From: Myxococcota bacterium
GTDB lineage: Bacteria > Myxococcota_A > UBA9160 > SZUA-336
Assembly: GCA_965247115.1 (NCBI GenBank)
Contig: CBDFGR010000002.1
Location: forward strand, 1,760,001-1,824,000
DNA length: 64,000 bases
Reading direction: 5' to 3'
Every line of letters begins with the position of its first letter. Positions within the stretch are counted from its first letter, which is position 1. Made by a program: the position numbers and the translations under genes. The notes beneath the pieces were generated by a model that was not told the origin of the DNA, made no database searches, and saw nothing but the letters and a program-made list of their open reading frames with translations. Of the stretch, positions 45,313 to 55,299 are shown piece after piece.

Positions 45313-47673
45313 ATGCGCAATCCCTCGACTGACTTAGGCCGGCTCTTTGTTTACGGCGCATCCCTCGCCCTCTGCGCCCCTCTCATTGCGTCACCCGCGC
45401 TCGGAGATGAGGCGAGCGGAGAAGACGTGGATGTGCCGGCTCCGCCCGCACTGGTCGAAGAGGAGGCCGAAGAAGCGGCCGAAGAGGCGACCTCCCTGAG
45501 CCGACGGACCCAGATCGAGGAGCTCGTCGTGACGGGGCAGCGTCGCGAGACGAACCTGCAGACCACACCGATCGCGATCTCGGCCTTTTCTGCGGATGAC
45601 ATCGCACGCAGCGACCTGGACAGCTTCGAGAAGGTGCAGTTCCAGGTTCCCGGCATGACCTTCGCCCGCGGGATCGGCTACACGTACATCACGGTGCGCG
45701 GCGTCGGCCTCGACGTACCCATCCTGGGTGAGCCGGGAGTCGCTCTCAACATCGATGGCGTCTACCAGGCCCGCTCCTACATCTCGAACGGGATCTACGA
45801 AGACCTGGAGCGAATCGAGGTGCTCCGAGGTCCGCAAGGAACGCTCTACGGCCGGAATGCAACCGGAGGGGCGATGAATCTGTGGACGAAGACCCCGCCC
45901 GAATCTACGGAAGCGGAGTTCTCCGCCCTGGTTGGAGACAACAACCGCTACCGCATTCGATCTGCTCTCGGCGGCCCGATTAACGAGAACCTGGGTCTGC
46001 GGCTGAGCTACACCACGGACCAGAGCGACGGCCTGAGGCGGAACAATGTCAACGGGGACAAGCTCGACGACACCGATCACCACTCGCTTCGAGGCTCGCT
46101 GCGCTACACCCCCACCGAAGACGTTGAGATCCTGGTGCGTTACGACTGGGCACGCGACCGTGGAAATGGGCCGACCTTCCAGCACGCCGGCCAGCTAATC
46201 CCGTTCGGTCCGCTGACGTTCGGGGGCACTCTGGAACCGGACGCCCAACGCGTCAACGTCGACAGGAAGCTGGACAACGAGAAGCGCATCTGGGGAATCA
46301 GCAGCACCATGAAGCTGGACCTTCACGGACTGCCGCTGATTGGTGACGCGACGCTCAACTCCATCACGTCGTTCCGCTATAACAGGATGGAGCTCGATGG
46401 GGACCTCGATGGAACCGAGGCCAACTTTATAAACACCAATCAGGAAGATACTTCCAAGGTGTGGACTCAGGAGCTCACCCTGAGCTCCGCGGGCGACGGG
46501 AAACTCGACTGGGTGGTCGGAGCGTACTTCTTCAAGGACCGCGCCGATACTTCCTTCTTCTACACACTGCCCGATCTCGCGGCCTTGGCGCAGGAGATCC
46601 TGGACGCCGGCGGAACTGGGTTTGACGTGCTGGACGCGGGAATCGTCGACAATTTTATCTTCGCTATGGATCAGGACACCGAGGCTTGGGCCCTGTTCGG
46701 GGAGGCGACGTACCACGTGACCGAGCGCCTCCGCGCAACCGTCGGCATACGATACAGTGACGAGGAGAAGGACTTCGATCAGCTTGTGTCTTTTGGAGTC
46801 CCAGGGCTCGAGGACGTCCCCGGCTTTGGCCACGATTTTATCCTGTGCGAAGGGCTGGAGAGCGACCTCGACTTCACCTCTTGGACCCCGAAGTTCGGCG
46901 TAGATTTCGACGTCGCGGAATCCGTCATGGCATACGCATCGGTGAGTCGCGGCTTTAAGGGCGGCGGCATGAATGCCGACGTCTGTGGGGGGGACTTCGA
47001 TCAGGAAAGCCTCTGGTCCTACGAGATCGGTGTGAAGAGCCAGTGGCTCGACGACCGCCTCCAGTTGAATCTCGTCGGCTTCTTCTACGACTACGAAGAC
47101 TACCAGGCGATCGTCAACATCGCGAATTCCTCTACCATTGAGAATGCCGCGGACGCCGAGGTGCTGGGCTTCGAAGCCGAGCTGCGTGCCTTCCCGTTCG
47201 AGGGATTCCAGTTGACTGCCGGGCTCTCCATCCAGAATGCCGAGTTCGAGGAATACTTCTCACTTAACCCGTTCTTCGGCAATATCGAGGACCTCAAAGG
47301 GAATCAGCTGCCCCGTGCCCCCGACAAGAGCTTCTTCATCAGCGGGGACTACACCGTGCCCATCTCGGACCTTGGATCGGCCTCGCTTCGGTATGAGTAT
47401 TCCTGGTCGGACAATTACTACTTCACGTCTTTCAACGAAACCTACGCCGAACAGTCCAGCTACAGCTTATCCAACGCGCGGGTCATCCTCGCCACCGCAG
47501 GTGGAAGGCTCGAGGACACGCTCGGCGACTTTGAGCTGCACTTCTTCGTCAACAATCTCGGAGACAAAGACCACTTGTATTCAGTGGCCGATGTCGCAAC
47601 GGTCGGTGGTCAGATGCGCCTCTACGCGGATCCCCGGCGCTACGGAGTAGAGCTCAAATATCGCTTCCACTGA
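45313..47673 (+). CDS. TonB-dependent outer membrane receptor
   Basis: Signal peptide, EELVVTG TonB box, IEVLRGPQGTLYGRNATGG, GFKGGG, C-terminal PRRYGVELKYRF. Confidence 0.95.
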   Translation: MRNPSTDLGRLFVYGASLALCAPLIASPALGDEASGEDVDVPAPPALVEEEAEEAAEEATSLSRRTQIEELVVTGQRRETNLQTTPIAISAFSADDIARSDLDSFEKVQFQVPGMTFARGIGYTYITVRGVGLDVPILGEPGVALNIDGVYQARSYISNGIYEDLERIEVLRGPQGTLYGRNATGGAMNLWTKTPPESTEAEFSALVGDNNRYRIRSALGGPINENLGLRLSYTTDQSDGLRRNNVNGDKLDDTDHHSLRGSLRYTPTEDVEILVRYDWARDRGNGPTFQHAGQLIPFGPLTFGGTLEPDAQRVNVDRKLDNEKRIWGISSTMKLDLHGLPLIGDATLNSITSFRYNRMELDGDLDGTEANFINTNQEDTSKVWTQELTLSSAGDGKLDWVVGAYFFKDRADTSFFYTLPDLAALAQEILDAGGTGFDVLDAGIVDNFIFAMDQDTEAWALFGEATYHVTERLRATVGIRYSDEEKDFDQLVSFGVPGLEDVPGFGHDFILCEGLESDLDFTSWTPKFGVDFDVAESVMAYASVSRGFKGGGMNADVCGGDFDQESLWSYEIGVKSQWLDDRLQLNLVGFFYDYEDYQAIVNIANSSTIENAADAEVLGFEAELRAFPFEGFQLTAGLSIQNAEFEEYFSLNPFFGNIEDLKGNQLPRAPDKSFFISGDYTVPISDLGSASLRYEYSWSDNYYFTSFNETYAEQSSYSLSNARVILATAGGRLEDTLGDFELHFFVNNLGDKDHLYSVADVATVGGQMRLYADPRRYGVELKYRFH

Positions 47674-47769
47674 TTTCTCCGCGCGGACGCTCGGTCGGCC
47701 CTAGGGTACATACCAGTATCGAACTCAGCGGTCGCTTCGAGTAGGGATCTTCGACAGCGCGGCCGCGCC

Positions 47770-47925
47770 GGTACTCGTCGTTGCAGAAGCACAGAATGTG
47801 GCGTCGCATCTGGCGGGCGTCGACGAAGAGGTGGTAAGCGAGGCCGGGCCGCTGCTGGATGAGTGCCTCGAGTGCGGAGGAGAGCGTGGCTCCGCCCACC
47901 TCGAAGCGTCGAGATCTGCCGGTGA
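47770..47925 (-). pseudogene. MoaD/ThiS-like ubiquitin-fold fragment
   Basis: FEV.GATL..AL..L....P.L..HLF.....RRHILCF.N; no C-terminal GG. Confidence 0.5.
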
Positions 47926-47944
47926 TTGCACGAGAACGAGCGGG

Positions 47945-48225
47945 AGCTTGACTCCGCTGAGGAGATCCAGCGAAGCGATCTGGACTCGCGTCGGGAACAT
48001 CCAGTTCCAGGTGCGCAGGCTCGTGTATGCCGAGGTCGAGAGCTACTCCCAGCAACCCTGCGGGGCGTGGGCCCCGAGTTCGGCACCAGCTCGGGCAAGC
48101 CCAGGGTGGCGTTCAACCTGGACGGCGTCTACCTGCCGCGCAGCACAACGTCGAGCGCCATCATGTCGGACCTGGAGCGAATCGAGGTTCTGCGGGGCCC
48201 GCAAGGGACCTGTATGGACGCAACC
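47945..48225 (+). pseudogene. Frameshifted plug-domain fragment of a second TonB-dependent receptor
   Basis: SAEEIQRSDLDS / NIQFQV / LRGVG / DGVYLPR / DLERIEVLRGPQGT / YGRN spread over several frames. Confidence 0.8.
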
Positions 48226-48399
48226 TGCATCAAGCAGTACGCAGAGCTCGCTCCCGGGGAGCGCGTCGTCATCATGTGCCTCGCCACCGATCGTGCCCAT
48301 GGTAGGACACTCCACGCTCGGGCGGCAGCTCGCGTCGACCCGACACGACTACGGCCTCGACGGCCTCCCGCGTCAGTAGGCCTTCGACGTCCGAGCGAA

Positions 48400-48760
48400 A
48401 CTCCGCCAAGAACACTCGCCTGCGTATCGATCCTCCGCAGCCTCGATGACGGCCTTCAGGAGGTTGTTGATGACTTTTGGCTGACGGCGGTTACGCCGAC
48501 CTTCTTGCCGGCCCGGACGAGCTCGCAGATCATGCGCGCTCCCATGTAGGTCTTGCCCGCGCTTGGAGGGCCCTGCACGGGCAAGACGCCATGGTCGAGC
48601 TCGAGGACCAGGCGGCGCGCCGCTGCGCTCAGCTCCTCGCCTTCGTGGCGCAGGGACGGACCGATGGGCGGCTCGAGTCGGGGCGGCCGCTGCAAGAGGA
48701 GATCGCGTGCCCCTCGATGAGGTCCATCGGAGTCGATGCCGTGCTCTGCGACCCAGGTCG
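48400..48760 (-). pseudogene. Superfamily 1 helicase fragment (TM0106-type nuclease-helicase)
   Basis: LPVQGPPSAGKTY.GARMI..LV..GKKVGVTA.S, then frameshift to KVINNLL. Confidence 0.7.
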
Positions 48761-48807
48761 CCAGGCGCTGCGTGTATACTCCTCGGGGTCGCGAACGAGG
48801 AGTTCCG

Positions 48808-49995
48808 ATGGAGTGTCGAGCCGCCGTCGCCGGTGTGGGCGAGTCGAACTACTACAAGCGAGGCGGCGCCCCCGAGACCGAGTTTCAGCTGGCGTGCATT
48901 GCCATCCGCAATGCGGTGGAAGACGCGGGTCTCGGGCTCTCGGACGTAGACGGCTTCGTGTCGTACGTGGACTCGCGCAACGACCCCGTGCGCCTCTCGT
49001 CCGCGCTCGGTCTTTCCAAGGTGGACTTCACCGCGCAGACGTACGGCGGGGGCGGAAACGGAGTAGGGTCTGCGGTCGCGATCGCGGATGCCGCGGTCAT
49101 CGCGGGGTACGCGCAACACGTCGTGGTGTTCCGCGCGGTGGCCCAGGGCCAGTTCGAGCGCTTCGGGCAGGCCATGATCGGCTGGTCCACGATGTCACAA
49201 AAAACAGGCCGGACGCGCGCCCCCGCGCCCGACGCCTACACCGCGCCGTACGGCTTGGTCAGCGCGGCCCAGATCAACGCGATGCAGACCCAGCGGTATA
49301 TGTACGAGCACGGCCTGGGGCAGGACGCCCTCGCGGACGTAACGCTGGCCTGCTACGAGCACGCGCAGCACAACCCGCGGGCCCTGCGCTACGGCACGCC
49401 GCTCTCGCGCGAGGACTACCACGCGTCGCGCTGGATCGCCGAGCCCTTTCACCTGTACGACTGCTGCCCCGAAAACGACGGGGCCGCGGCTGTGGTGGTG
49501 ACGACGACTGAGCGCGCGCGCGACCTGCGCCACGCGGCCGTCCCGATTTTGGCCGCCGCGCAGGGGCTCGAACGAGGCGGTGGGATCGGCGCGTTCAACG
49601 AGACGCCCTTTCCCACCGCGCACATGCGCCCCGTCGGCGAGCGCCTGTGGGGGCGGGCGGGGGTGACGGCCGCGGACGTGGACGTGGCGCAGTTCTACGA
49701 GAACTTCACCGGGCCGGTGCTCATCGCGATCAGCGAGATGGGCTTCTGCGAACCCGAGGGACTGAACGAGTTCGTTGGGAACGACCGGCTGCTGTGGAAG
49801 AGCGGGGGCCTGCCCCTGAACACGAGCGGCGGGAACATCGGCGAGGCGTACATCCACGGCTTCGGGCTCGTGAACGAGGCCGTGCGCCAGATCCGCGGCG
49901 ACTCGACGTGCCAGGTCGAGGATGCCGAGCTCAGCCTGGTCGTGGGGGGGCCGGGCTACGCACCGGGTAGCGCCGTGCTGTTCTGTCGAGGCTGA
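48808..49995 (+). CDS. Thiolase-fold (SCP2/Ltp2-like) protein
   Basis: AVAGVGE, AQHNPRA, DCC.ENDGAAA, YENFT, PLNTSGG...EAY.HG; RBS gagg. Confidence 0.9.
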   Translation: MECRAAVAGVGESNYYKRGGAPETEFQLACIAIRNAVEDAGLGLSDVDGFVSYVDSRNDPVRLSSALGLSKVDFTAQTYGGGGNGVGSAVAIADAAVIAGYAQHVVVFRAVAQGQFERFGQAMIGWSTMSQKTGRTRAPAPDAYTAPYGLVSAAQINAMQTQRYMYEHGLGQDALADVTLACYEHAQHNPRALRYGTPLSREDYHASRWIAEPFHLYDCCPENDGAAAVVVTTTERARDLRHAAVPILAAAQGLERGGGIGAFNETPFPTAHMRPVGERLWGRAGVTAADVDVAQFYENFTGPVLIAISEMGFCEPEGLNEFVGNDRLLWKSGGLPLNTSGGNIGEAYIHGFGLVNEAVRQIRGDSTCQVEDAELSLVVGGPGYAPGSAVLFCRG

Positions 49996-50005
49996 GGGAG
50001 GCCAC

Positions 50006-50437
50006 GTGGCCCGTACCATGCCAGACGAATGGGTGCTGCCGGCGGTCGAACCGCGGACCGAGGCCTTCTTCACCACCGGGCGACTTCTGCTCCAGCGATG
50101 TACGGCGTGTGAGTTCATCCAACACCCGCCCGAGGACGTGTGCCACCGCTGCCAGGGAATGGACTTCGACACGCGCGAAGTGGCGGGGCGCGGGACGATC
50201 TATAGTCACACGGTCGTGAGACACCCGGTCCACCCCATGCTCGAGGAGGCGGTGCCCTACACCGTGGTGCTCGTGAGCCTGGACGAGGTCCCGCACGTGC
50301 GCGTAACCGGCAACCTCGTCGACGTCCCACCCGAAGAGGCGCGCATCGGTATGCCCGTGCGCGCGGTGTGGGAGGAGGTCACCGACCCCGAGTCGGGCGG
50401 GAAGCTGCTGCTGCCCCAGTGGGAGCGCGCTACCTAG
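50006..50437 (+). CDS. DUF35 Zn-ribbon/OB-fold protein
   Basis: QRC..C....HPP...C..C, G.G.IYS.TV, IGMPV. Confidence 0.92.
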   Translation: MARTMPDEWVLPAVEPRTEAFFTTGRLLLQRCTACEFIQHPPEDVCHRCQGMDFDTREVAGRGTIYSHTVVRHPVHPMLEEAVPYTVVLVSLDEVPHVRVTGNLVDVPPEEARIGMPVRAVWEEVTDPESGGKLLLPQWERAT

Positions 50438-50539
50438 GAATCACGGGCAGCAGCAGGTACGACGCCATGTCCTCTGGTGGTAGACGCTCTGTTCGGCCGT
50501 AGAGCCCGGACAGGTGCGAGGCCGCCCTCGCGCTCCTCT

Positions 50540-51736
50540 CTACACCTCCACGCGGTACAGGCGCGCCGCGTTGTCCTGCAAGATCTTGCGGCGCGTGGTC
50601 TCGCTCCAGTCGGCGGTCACGTCGGCGAGGTACTCCTGGACGTCGGGGTACCTGCAGGTGGGGTGCGGGAAGTCGGTCTCGAACATGATGTTGTCTTCGC
50701 CGATCTCCTCGATCAGCTTCTTGGGCGCCGTGCGCTCGAACCAGAAGCACGCGTAGATCTGGCGGCGGAAATACTCCGAGGGCCGCATCGGCAGCGCGTA
50801 CTCGGCCTCGGAGTTGGTCTCCTCCCACTCGTAGTCGAGCGCCTCCAGCATGAAAGGGACCCAACCGATGCCGCTCTCGACCGACACGATCTTCACCCGG
50901 GGGAACCTCTCCAGGATGCCGCTGTAGAGCAGGTTGCCGAGCACTCGAGCGTTCTCCATGAACATGTTCGTGGAGCCCAGTGCCAGGCGGCGGTGCTCTC
51001 CCATCGACGGCCAGGAAGCGCGCCCGTACATGTTCATCGAGGTCTCGCTCGCTGCGATGTGGAAGTTCACCGGGACCTCGAGGTCACTGCACGCCTGCCA
51101 GAACGGAGACCAGGCGTCGTCCGAAAGATCCGGCATGCCGATGCTGTCGGGGTCGCTGCACATCACGATGCCGCGCAGGCCGAGGGCGACGGAACGCTCG
51201 ACCTCGGCGACGCAGTCCTCGATGTTCCACCAGGGCATGAGCGCCATCGGCAGGATTCGCTCCTGCGTCTCGGCCTGGAACTCGGCCATGGCATCGTTGT
51301 AGACCGTCGCGCACAGCTTGCGGAGCGTTTGGTCCTCAACCTTGAGAAAGTTCTGGTTCCCGAAGCCGGCGAGGTTCGGATAGACGACCTGGGCGTGGAG
51401 TCCGAAGTCGTTGAGCAGCGACACGCGCGCCTTCATGTCGTACGACGCCACATGTACATCTTCGTGACTGAAACCTTCGAACTCGACGCCCTTCGACTTG
51501 GAGCCGTCCTTGCGGATCACGCTCACCGGGTATGCAGGCCCGAGGTCGATGTCGCGATTCACCATCCAGTGGCGTTTGCCGTCGACCTCCCGAACGTGTG
51601 GCAAGAGCTCCTTGTAGCCCGCGGGAGCGCGCGAGCTCCACAGGTCGAGCGGCTCGGAGATGTGGCTGTCGGTGTCGATGATCTTGAGGCTTCGGATCGA
51701 GGCCTCGACCTCGGCGGACGACGCGGGCTGGGTCAT
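50540..51736 (-). CDS. Amidohydrolase_2 family protein
   Basis: IIDTDSHI.EP, YND, PV.FHI, VESGIGW.P, FETDFPHP, NAARLY. Confidence 0.92.
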   Translation of the reverse strand: MTQPASSAEVEASIRSLKIIDTDSHISEPLDLWSSRAPAGYKELLPHVREVDGKRHWMVNRDIDLGPAYPVSVIRKDGSKSKGVEFEGFSHEDVHVASYDMKARVSLLNDFGLHAQVVYPNLAGFGNQNFLKVEDQTLRKLCATVYNDAMAEFQAETQERILPMALMPWWNIEDCVAEVERSVALGLRGIVMCSDPDSIGMPDLSDDAWSPFWQACSDLEVPVNFHIAASETSMNMYGRASWPSMGEHRRLALGSTNMFMENARVLGNLLYSGILERFPRVKIVSVESGIGWVPFMLEALDYEWEETNSEAEYALPMRPSEYFRRQIYACFWFERTAPKKLIEEIGEDNIMFETDFPHPTCRYPDVQEYLADVTADWSETTRRKILQDNAARLYRVEV

Positions 51737-51765
51737 TTGGGGATCCCTTTTTGACTTGGGCTAGT

Positions 51766-52092
51766 CTACACGGAATGGACGATGGGCACAGGACAAACAG
51801 GCTGCGTTTCGGCTCCAGGTCCGAGTAGGGGCGTTATGTAAAGCCGGCAGGGGGGCGCGAAAGTGCGCTCCGCCAGGGCCTCCACCTGCGCGAGGTCGCC
51901 CACGTCGGTCTGCACGCCGAGCGCCTCGACCCCGAGCGCGCGGATCTCGCTCTCCGCTCGGGCCAACGGCTCCGGCTGGATGTCTGCCAACACGAGCTTC
52001 ATGCCCTCGCGCGTGAGCCGGCGCGCTGTGGCCAGGCCGATGCCGCTCGCGCCCCCGGTGATGACTGCGACCTTGTCGCCGAATTGCTCCAT
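51766..52092 (-). pseudogene. Truncated SDR (Rossmann N-terminus only)
   Basis: KVAVITGGASGIG...LADI...DV; similarity ends near 51860, before NNAG/YxxxK. Confidence 0.8.
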
Positions 52093-52094
52093 GG

Positions 52095-53381
52095 CTACAC
52101 GATCCCTTCGCTCGAGAGTCGCTCGAGCTCTTGCGCCGAGACTCCGAGCTCACTGTAGATCTCGGCGTTGTGCTCGCCGAGCAGCGGCGCGCGCCGCGCG
52201 ATGTTCCACGGCGAGCCGTGGAACAGATAGGGCGCCCCGGGGTACTTGAATGAGCGGCCGAGCTCGGGGTGCTCGACCTCGACCTGGAAGCCCCTCGCCA
52301 CGAAGTGCGGGTCCTCGAAGACCTCCTCTGGCGAGTAGATGATTCCCACGGAGAGGCCGCGGGTCTGCGCTCCCATGAAGAACTCGTAGGCGGGAAGCTT
52401 CGAGGCGATCAGGTTCAAGGCCTCGCGTCCGGCGCCGAAGATGGCCAGCTCCTCTTCGTCTTCAGGGAACATGTCGATCTGCTCGCTATGCTGCATGCCC
52501 ATCTCGAGAAACACGGCCTCGGGAAACTCGTCCTTCAGACCGAGCTCCACGACCCACTCGTACAAGGCCCGAAACTCGTGCGGGAAACGCGGGGGCACGC
52601 CCGTGTTCACGTAGCGGCCATCGGCGCACTGCACCTGGCTGGGCAGTGACGGGCTCGTGCTCGCGTGTTGACCGGTCTGGCGCTGCACCGTCTCGCGCGC
52701 CACAAGCCACTGGTAGCTGCCGCCCTCGGTGGTGACATTGGCCGCAGCGTGCATGTTCACATCGACGTGTTGACCCTGCCCAGTCTGATCGCGAACGAGC
52801 AATGCGACCAGCGCCGAGAGCACTGCGAAGTGGCAACCGGTGTGGTAGCCCTGGTTGCCGCCGCCCCGCACCGGCGGCAGCGAGTGGTCGTCGTAGCCGT
52901 TCATCCACACGGGTCCGCCAGCCGCGAGCACCGTGAGGTCGGTGGCGAGCTCGTCCGCGCGCGGTCCCGACGCGCCGAACGGCGAGAGCGAGACCATGAT
53001 CAGGTCGGGGCGCAGCGCGCGCAGACTCGCGAAGTCGAGCCCGAGAGACTCGAGCCGACCCGGCGTCTCGGACTCGATGAGCAGATCTGACGAGCGCACG
53101 AGGTCGCGCAGGAGCTCGCGACCCCGCTCCGTGTCGAGGTCGAGGGTGATCCCCCGCTTGCTGGTGTTGTAGTGCCACCAGTAGAGGCTGCGCTCCTTTC
53201 CACCCTCGTCCGCGAGGAAGGGGCCGTAGCTGCGCGTGGCACAGCCTGCACGCGGCTCCACGGTGACCACGCTCGCGCCCATGTCGGCGAACAGCTTGCC
53301 CGCGAAGGCGCAGCGCTCGCTCGCGAGCTCGACTACCCGCAGATCGCTCACGGCCCCCGCCGTTGCGCCAGTGTCTGTCAT
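52095..53381 (-). CDS. Family III CoA-transferase (CaiB/BaiF), subunit lacking the usual Asp motif
   Basis: LRVVEL, GA.V..VEP, N.SKRGITLDL, G.GQHVDV, APLLGEHN. Confidence 0.9.
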   Translation of the reverse strand: MTDTGATAGAVSDLRVVELASERCAFAGKLFADMGASVVTVEPRAGCATRSYGPFLADEGGKERSLYWWHYNTSKRGITLDLDTERGRELLRDLVRSSDLLIESETPGRLESLGLDFASLRALRPDLIMVSLSPFGASGPRADELATDLTVLAAGGPVWMNGYDDHSLPPVRGGGNQGYHTGCHFAVLSALVALLVRDQTGQGQHVDVNMHAAANVTTEGGSYQWLVARETVQRQTGQHASTSPSLPSQVQCADGRYVNTGVPPRFPHEFRALYEWVVELGLKDEFPEAVFLEMGMQHSEQIDMFPEDEEELAIFGAGREALNLIASKLPAYEFFMGAQTRGLSVGIIYSPEEVFEDPHFVARGFQVEVEHPELGRSFKYPGAPYLFHGSPWNIARRAPLLGEHNAEIYSELGVSAQELERLSSEGIV

Positions 53382-54616
53382 ATCACCTTCTCCTCGCGCA
53401 GCTTCTCGATTTCGGCGGCGTCGAGACCGAGCAGCTCGCCGAATACGTAGTCGTTGTGTTCACCGAGGCACGGTCCGCCCCGCTCGATCGCCCAATCCGT
53501 CTCCGACAGGTGCACCGGCTGGCCGTCGACGCGCACGTCGCCCATGGCGGTGTGTTTCACGGTCGGCCAGAGCCCCCACTCTGCGGTGTTGGGGTCGTCA
53601 TCGATCCGCTCAGCCGGCCGCTGGACGGCTGCCGCGGGCACTCCGGCCGCCTGAAGATCCGCCGCGGCGGCGAAGCGGTCGCGCGGGCGCGTCCAGGCGC
53701 TCACGAGCTCGTCGAGTGCATCCTGCCGCTCGATACGGCCGGCGAGGCTCGCGAAGCGCGCCTCGCGGGTCCACGGCTCGCCGACCGCGCCTCCGAACGC
53801 CCGCCAGTCGGCGTCGCTGCGGCACGCGATCGCGATCCAGGAATCGTCGCCGCTGGCTGGGTACACACCGTGGGGCGCCATCTCGGGCCACTTGTTGCGG
53901 TTGCTGTTCGGCATGCCCGCGCGTCGGAGGGGGCGTCCGTTCACCGTGTAGTCGAGCACCGCCGGGCCGTTCAGGCTCGCGCCGGCCTCGGTGCACGACA
54001 GGTCGACCCACTGGCCCTCGCCCGTGCGGTTCTTGTGGTGCAACGCGAAGAGGATCGCGAGGGCCATGTAGTAGCCCCCGGTGTGGTCCATGTACGAGTA
54101 GCCCCAGCCCGCCGGCGGCTGATCAGGAAGCCCCGAGCTGAACGTGAGGCCGCTGATCGCCTGCACGATCGGTCCCCAGGACTTGAACTTGCGGTACGGG
54201 CCGCTGTGGCCGAATCCGCAGTTCGACGCGTAGATGATGTCGGGCTTGATTTCTCGCAGGGCCTCGTAACCGAAGCCGAGCCGCTCGAGCACGCCCGCGG
54301 CGAAGTTCTCGGACACCACGTCGGAGATCTTGATCAGCTCTCGCAAGAGCTCCTTCGCGCGCTCGCTCCGCAGATTCAGCGTGATGCCGAGCTTCTCCAC
54401 GTTGTGGTTGTTGAACACGCCGCCCACGTCGATCCCCCTGCGGTCATCGGTGAAGGGCGGGCAGCCCCGCGTGATGTCCCAGCGACCTTCGCGCACCGGG
54501 TCTTCGATGCGGACAATCTGCGCGCCGAACGCGGCCAGAAAGCGCGTGGCCCCCGCCCCCGCCAGCTGACCCGTGAAGTCGCAAATGCGAATGTGTGAGA
54601 GCGCTCTGGATGGCAC
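53378..54616 (-). CDS. Family III CoA-transferase (CaiB/BaiF)
   Basis: D.T.QLAG, GA.IV.IE, ENF..GV, GFG..GP, YMDH, TGEGQ.VD, P.LGEHN; likely GTG start 54616. Confidence 0.92.
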   Translation of the reverse strand: MPSRALSHIRICDFTGQLAGAGATRFLAAFGAQIVRIEDPVREGRWDITRGCPPFTDDRRGIDVGGVFNNHNVEKLGITLNLRSERAKELLRELIKISDVVSENFAAGVLERLGFGYEALREIKPDIIYASNCGFGHSGPYRKFKSWGPIVQAISGLTFSSGLPDQPPAGWGYSYMDHTGGYYMALAILFALHHKNRTGEGQWVDLSCTEAGASLNGPAVLDYTVNGRPLRRAGMPNSNRNKWPEMAPHGVYPASGDDSWIAIACRSDADWRAFGGAVGEPWTREARFASLAGRIERQDALDELVSAWTRPRDRFAAAADLQAAGVPAAAVQRPAERIDDDPNTAEWGLWPTVKHTAMGDVRVDGQPVHLSETDWAIERGGPCLGEHNDYVFGELLGLDAAEIEKLREEKVI

Positions 54617-54714
54617 GGCCTTCGCCTCAGTCTGCGCGCTCGGGAAGCCCGAGCACCTTGCGCGCTTCGGCGCAGCTCCGGTCAGTCTAGAGAGTATGAT
54701 GTAGCGGGGCACGA

Positions 54715-55008
54715 CTAAGGATCGCTCAGCAGCATCTGGGTGAACTCCTCGACCTTCATGGCGGGCAGCGTAGTCACCTCGATGGTTCCACGCGCTCCCA
54801 GCTCGACCGAGATGCGGGCGATCACCTCGTTGCTCGCGGCCTCGACCACGTTCACGAAGTCGTAGCCGCCCAGCACCGCGTACTGCGCGGTGACCCTCCC
54901 CCCCATGGTCTCGATCTCCTTGTTGACCTGCGCAAGACGCTGCGGTCGCTCCTTCAGGGTCTTGCGTCCCTCATCGGTGAGCTTCGAAAGCATGATGAAA
55001 GTCGCCAT
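54715..55008 (-). CDS. GYD-domain protein
   Basis: LS.LT.EG, QYAVLGGYDFV, T.TLPA; RBS ggagg. Confidence 0.9.
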   Translation of the reverse strand: MATFIMLSKLTDEGRKTLKERPQRLAQVNKEIETMGGRVTAQYAVLGGYDFVNVVEAASNEVIARISVELGARGTIEVTTLPAMKVEEFTQMLLSDP

Positions 55009-55066
55009 ATCGGGGCCTCCTGTCGGTTATCTTACTCTCGGGGACCCGAGCGGAGGAAGCGGTTCA

Positions 55067-55204
55067 TTGCGTGCTGTCGTATGGAATGAGAAGGGCTCGC
55101 TCGAGCTCGTCGACAAGCCAGCTCCTGAGCCGAGGCCGGGCCGCTGCCCCGAGCGGCGCCTGCTCGGGCTCAGCAAACCGTTGGAGGATCCGCTCCAACA
55201 CTGA
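55067..55204 (+). pseudogene. N-terminal scrap of a Zn-dependent dehydrogenase
   Basis: RBS ggagg, then (M)RAVVWNEKGSLELVDKPAPEPRPG, then unrelated sequence. Confidence 0.5.
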
Positions 55205-55299
55205 GCGAAGCGGTACGCCTGGCGCGCCCGGGCGGGACCGTGTCGGTGCTTGGCGTGGCTCGATCAAGGTGACCATCCACACGCACTGAAGCCAGCGGC

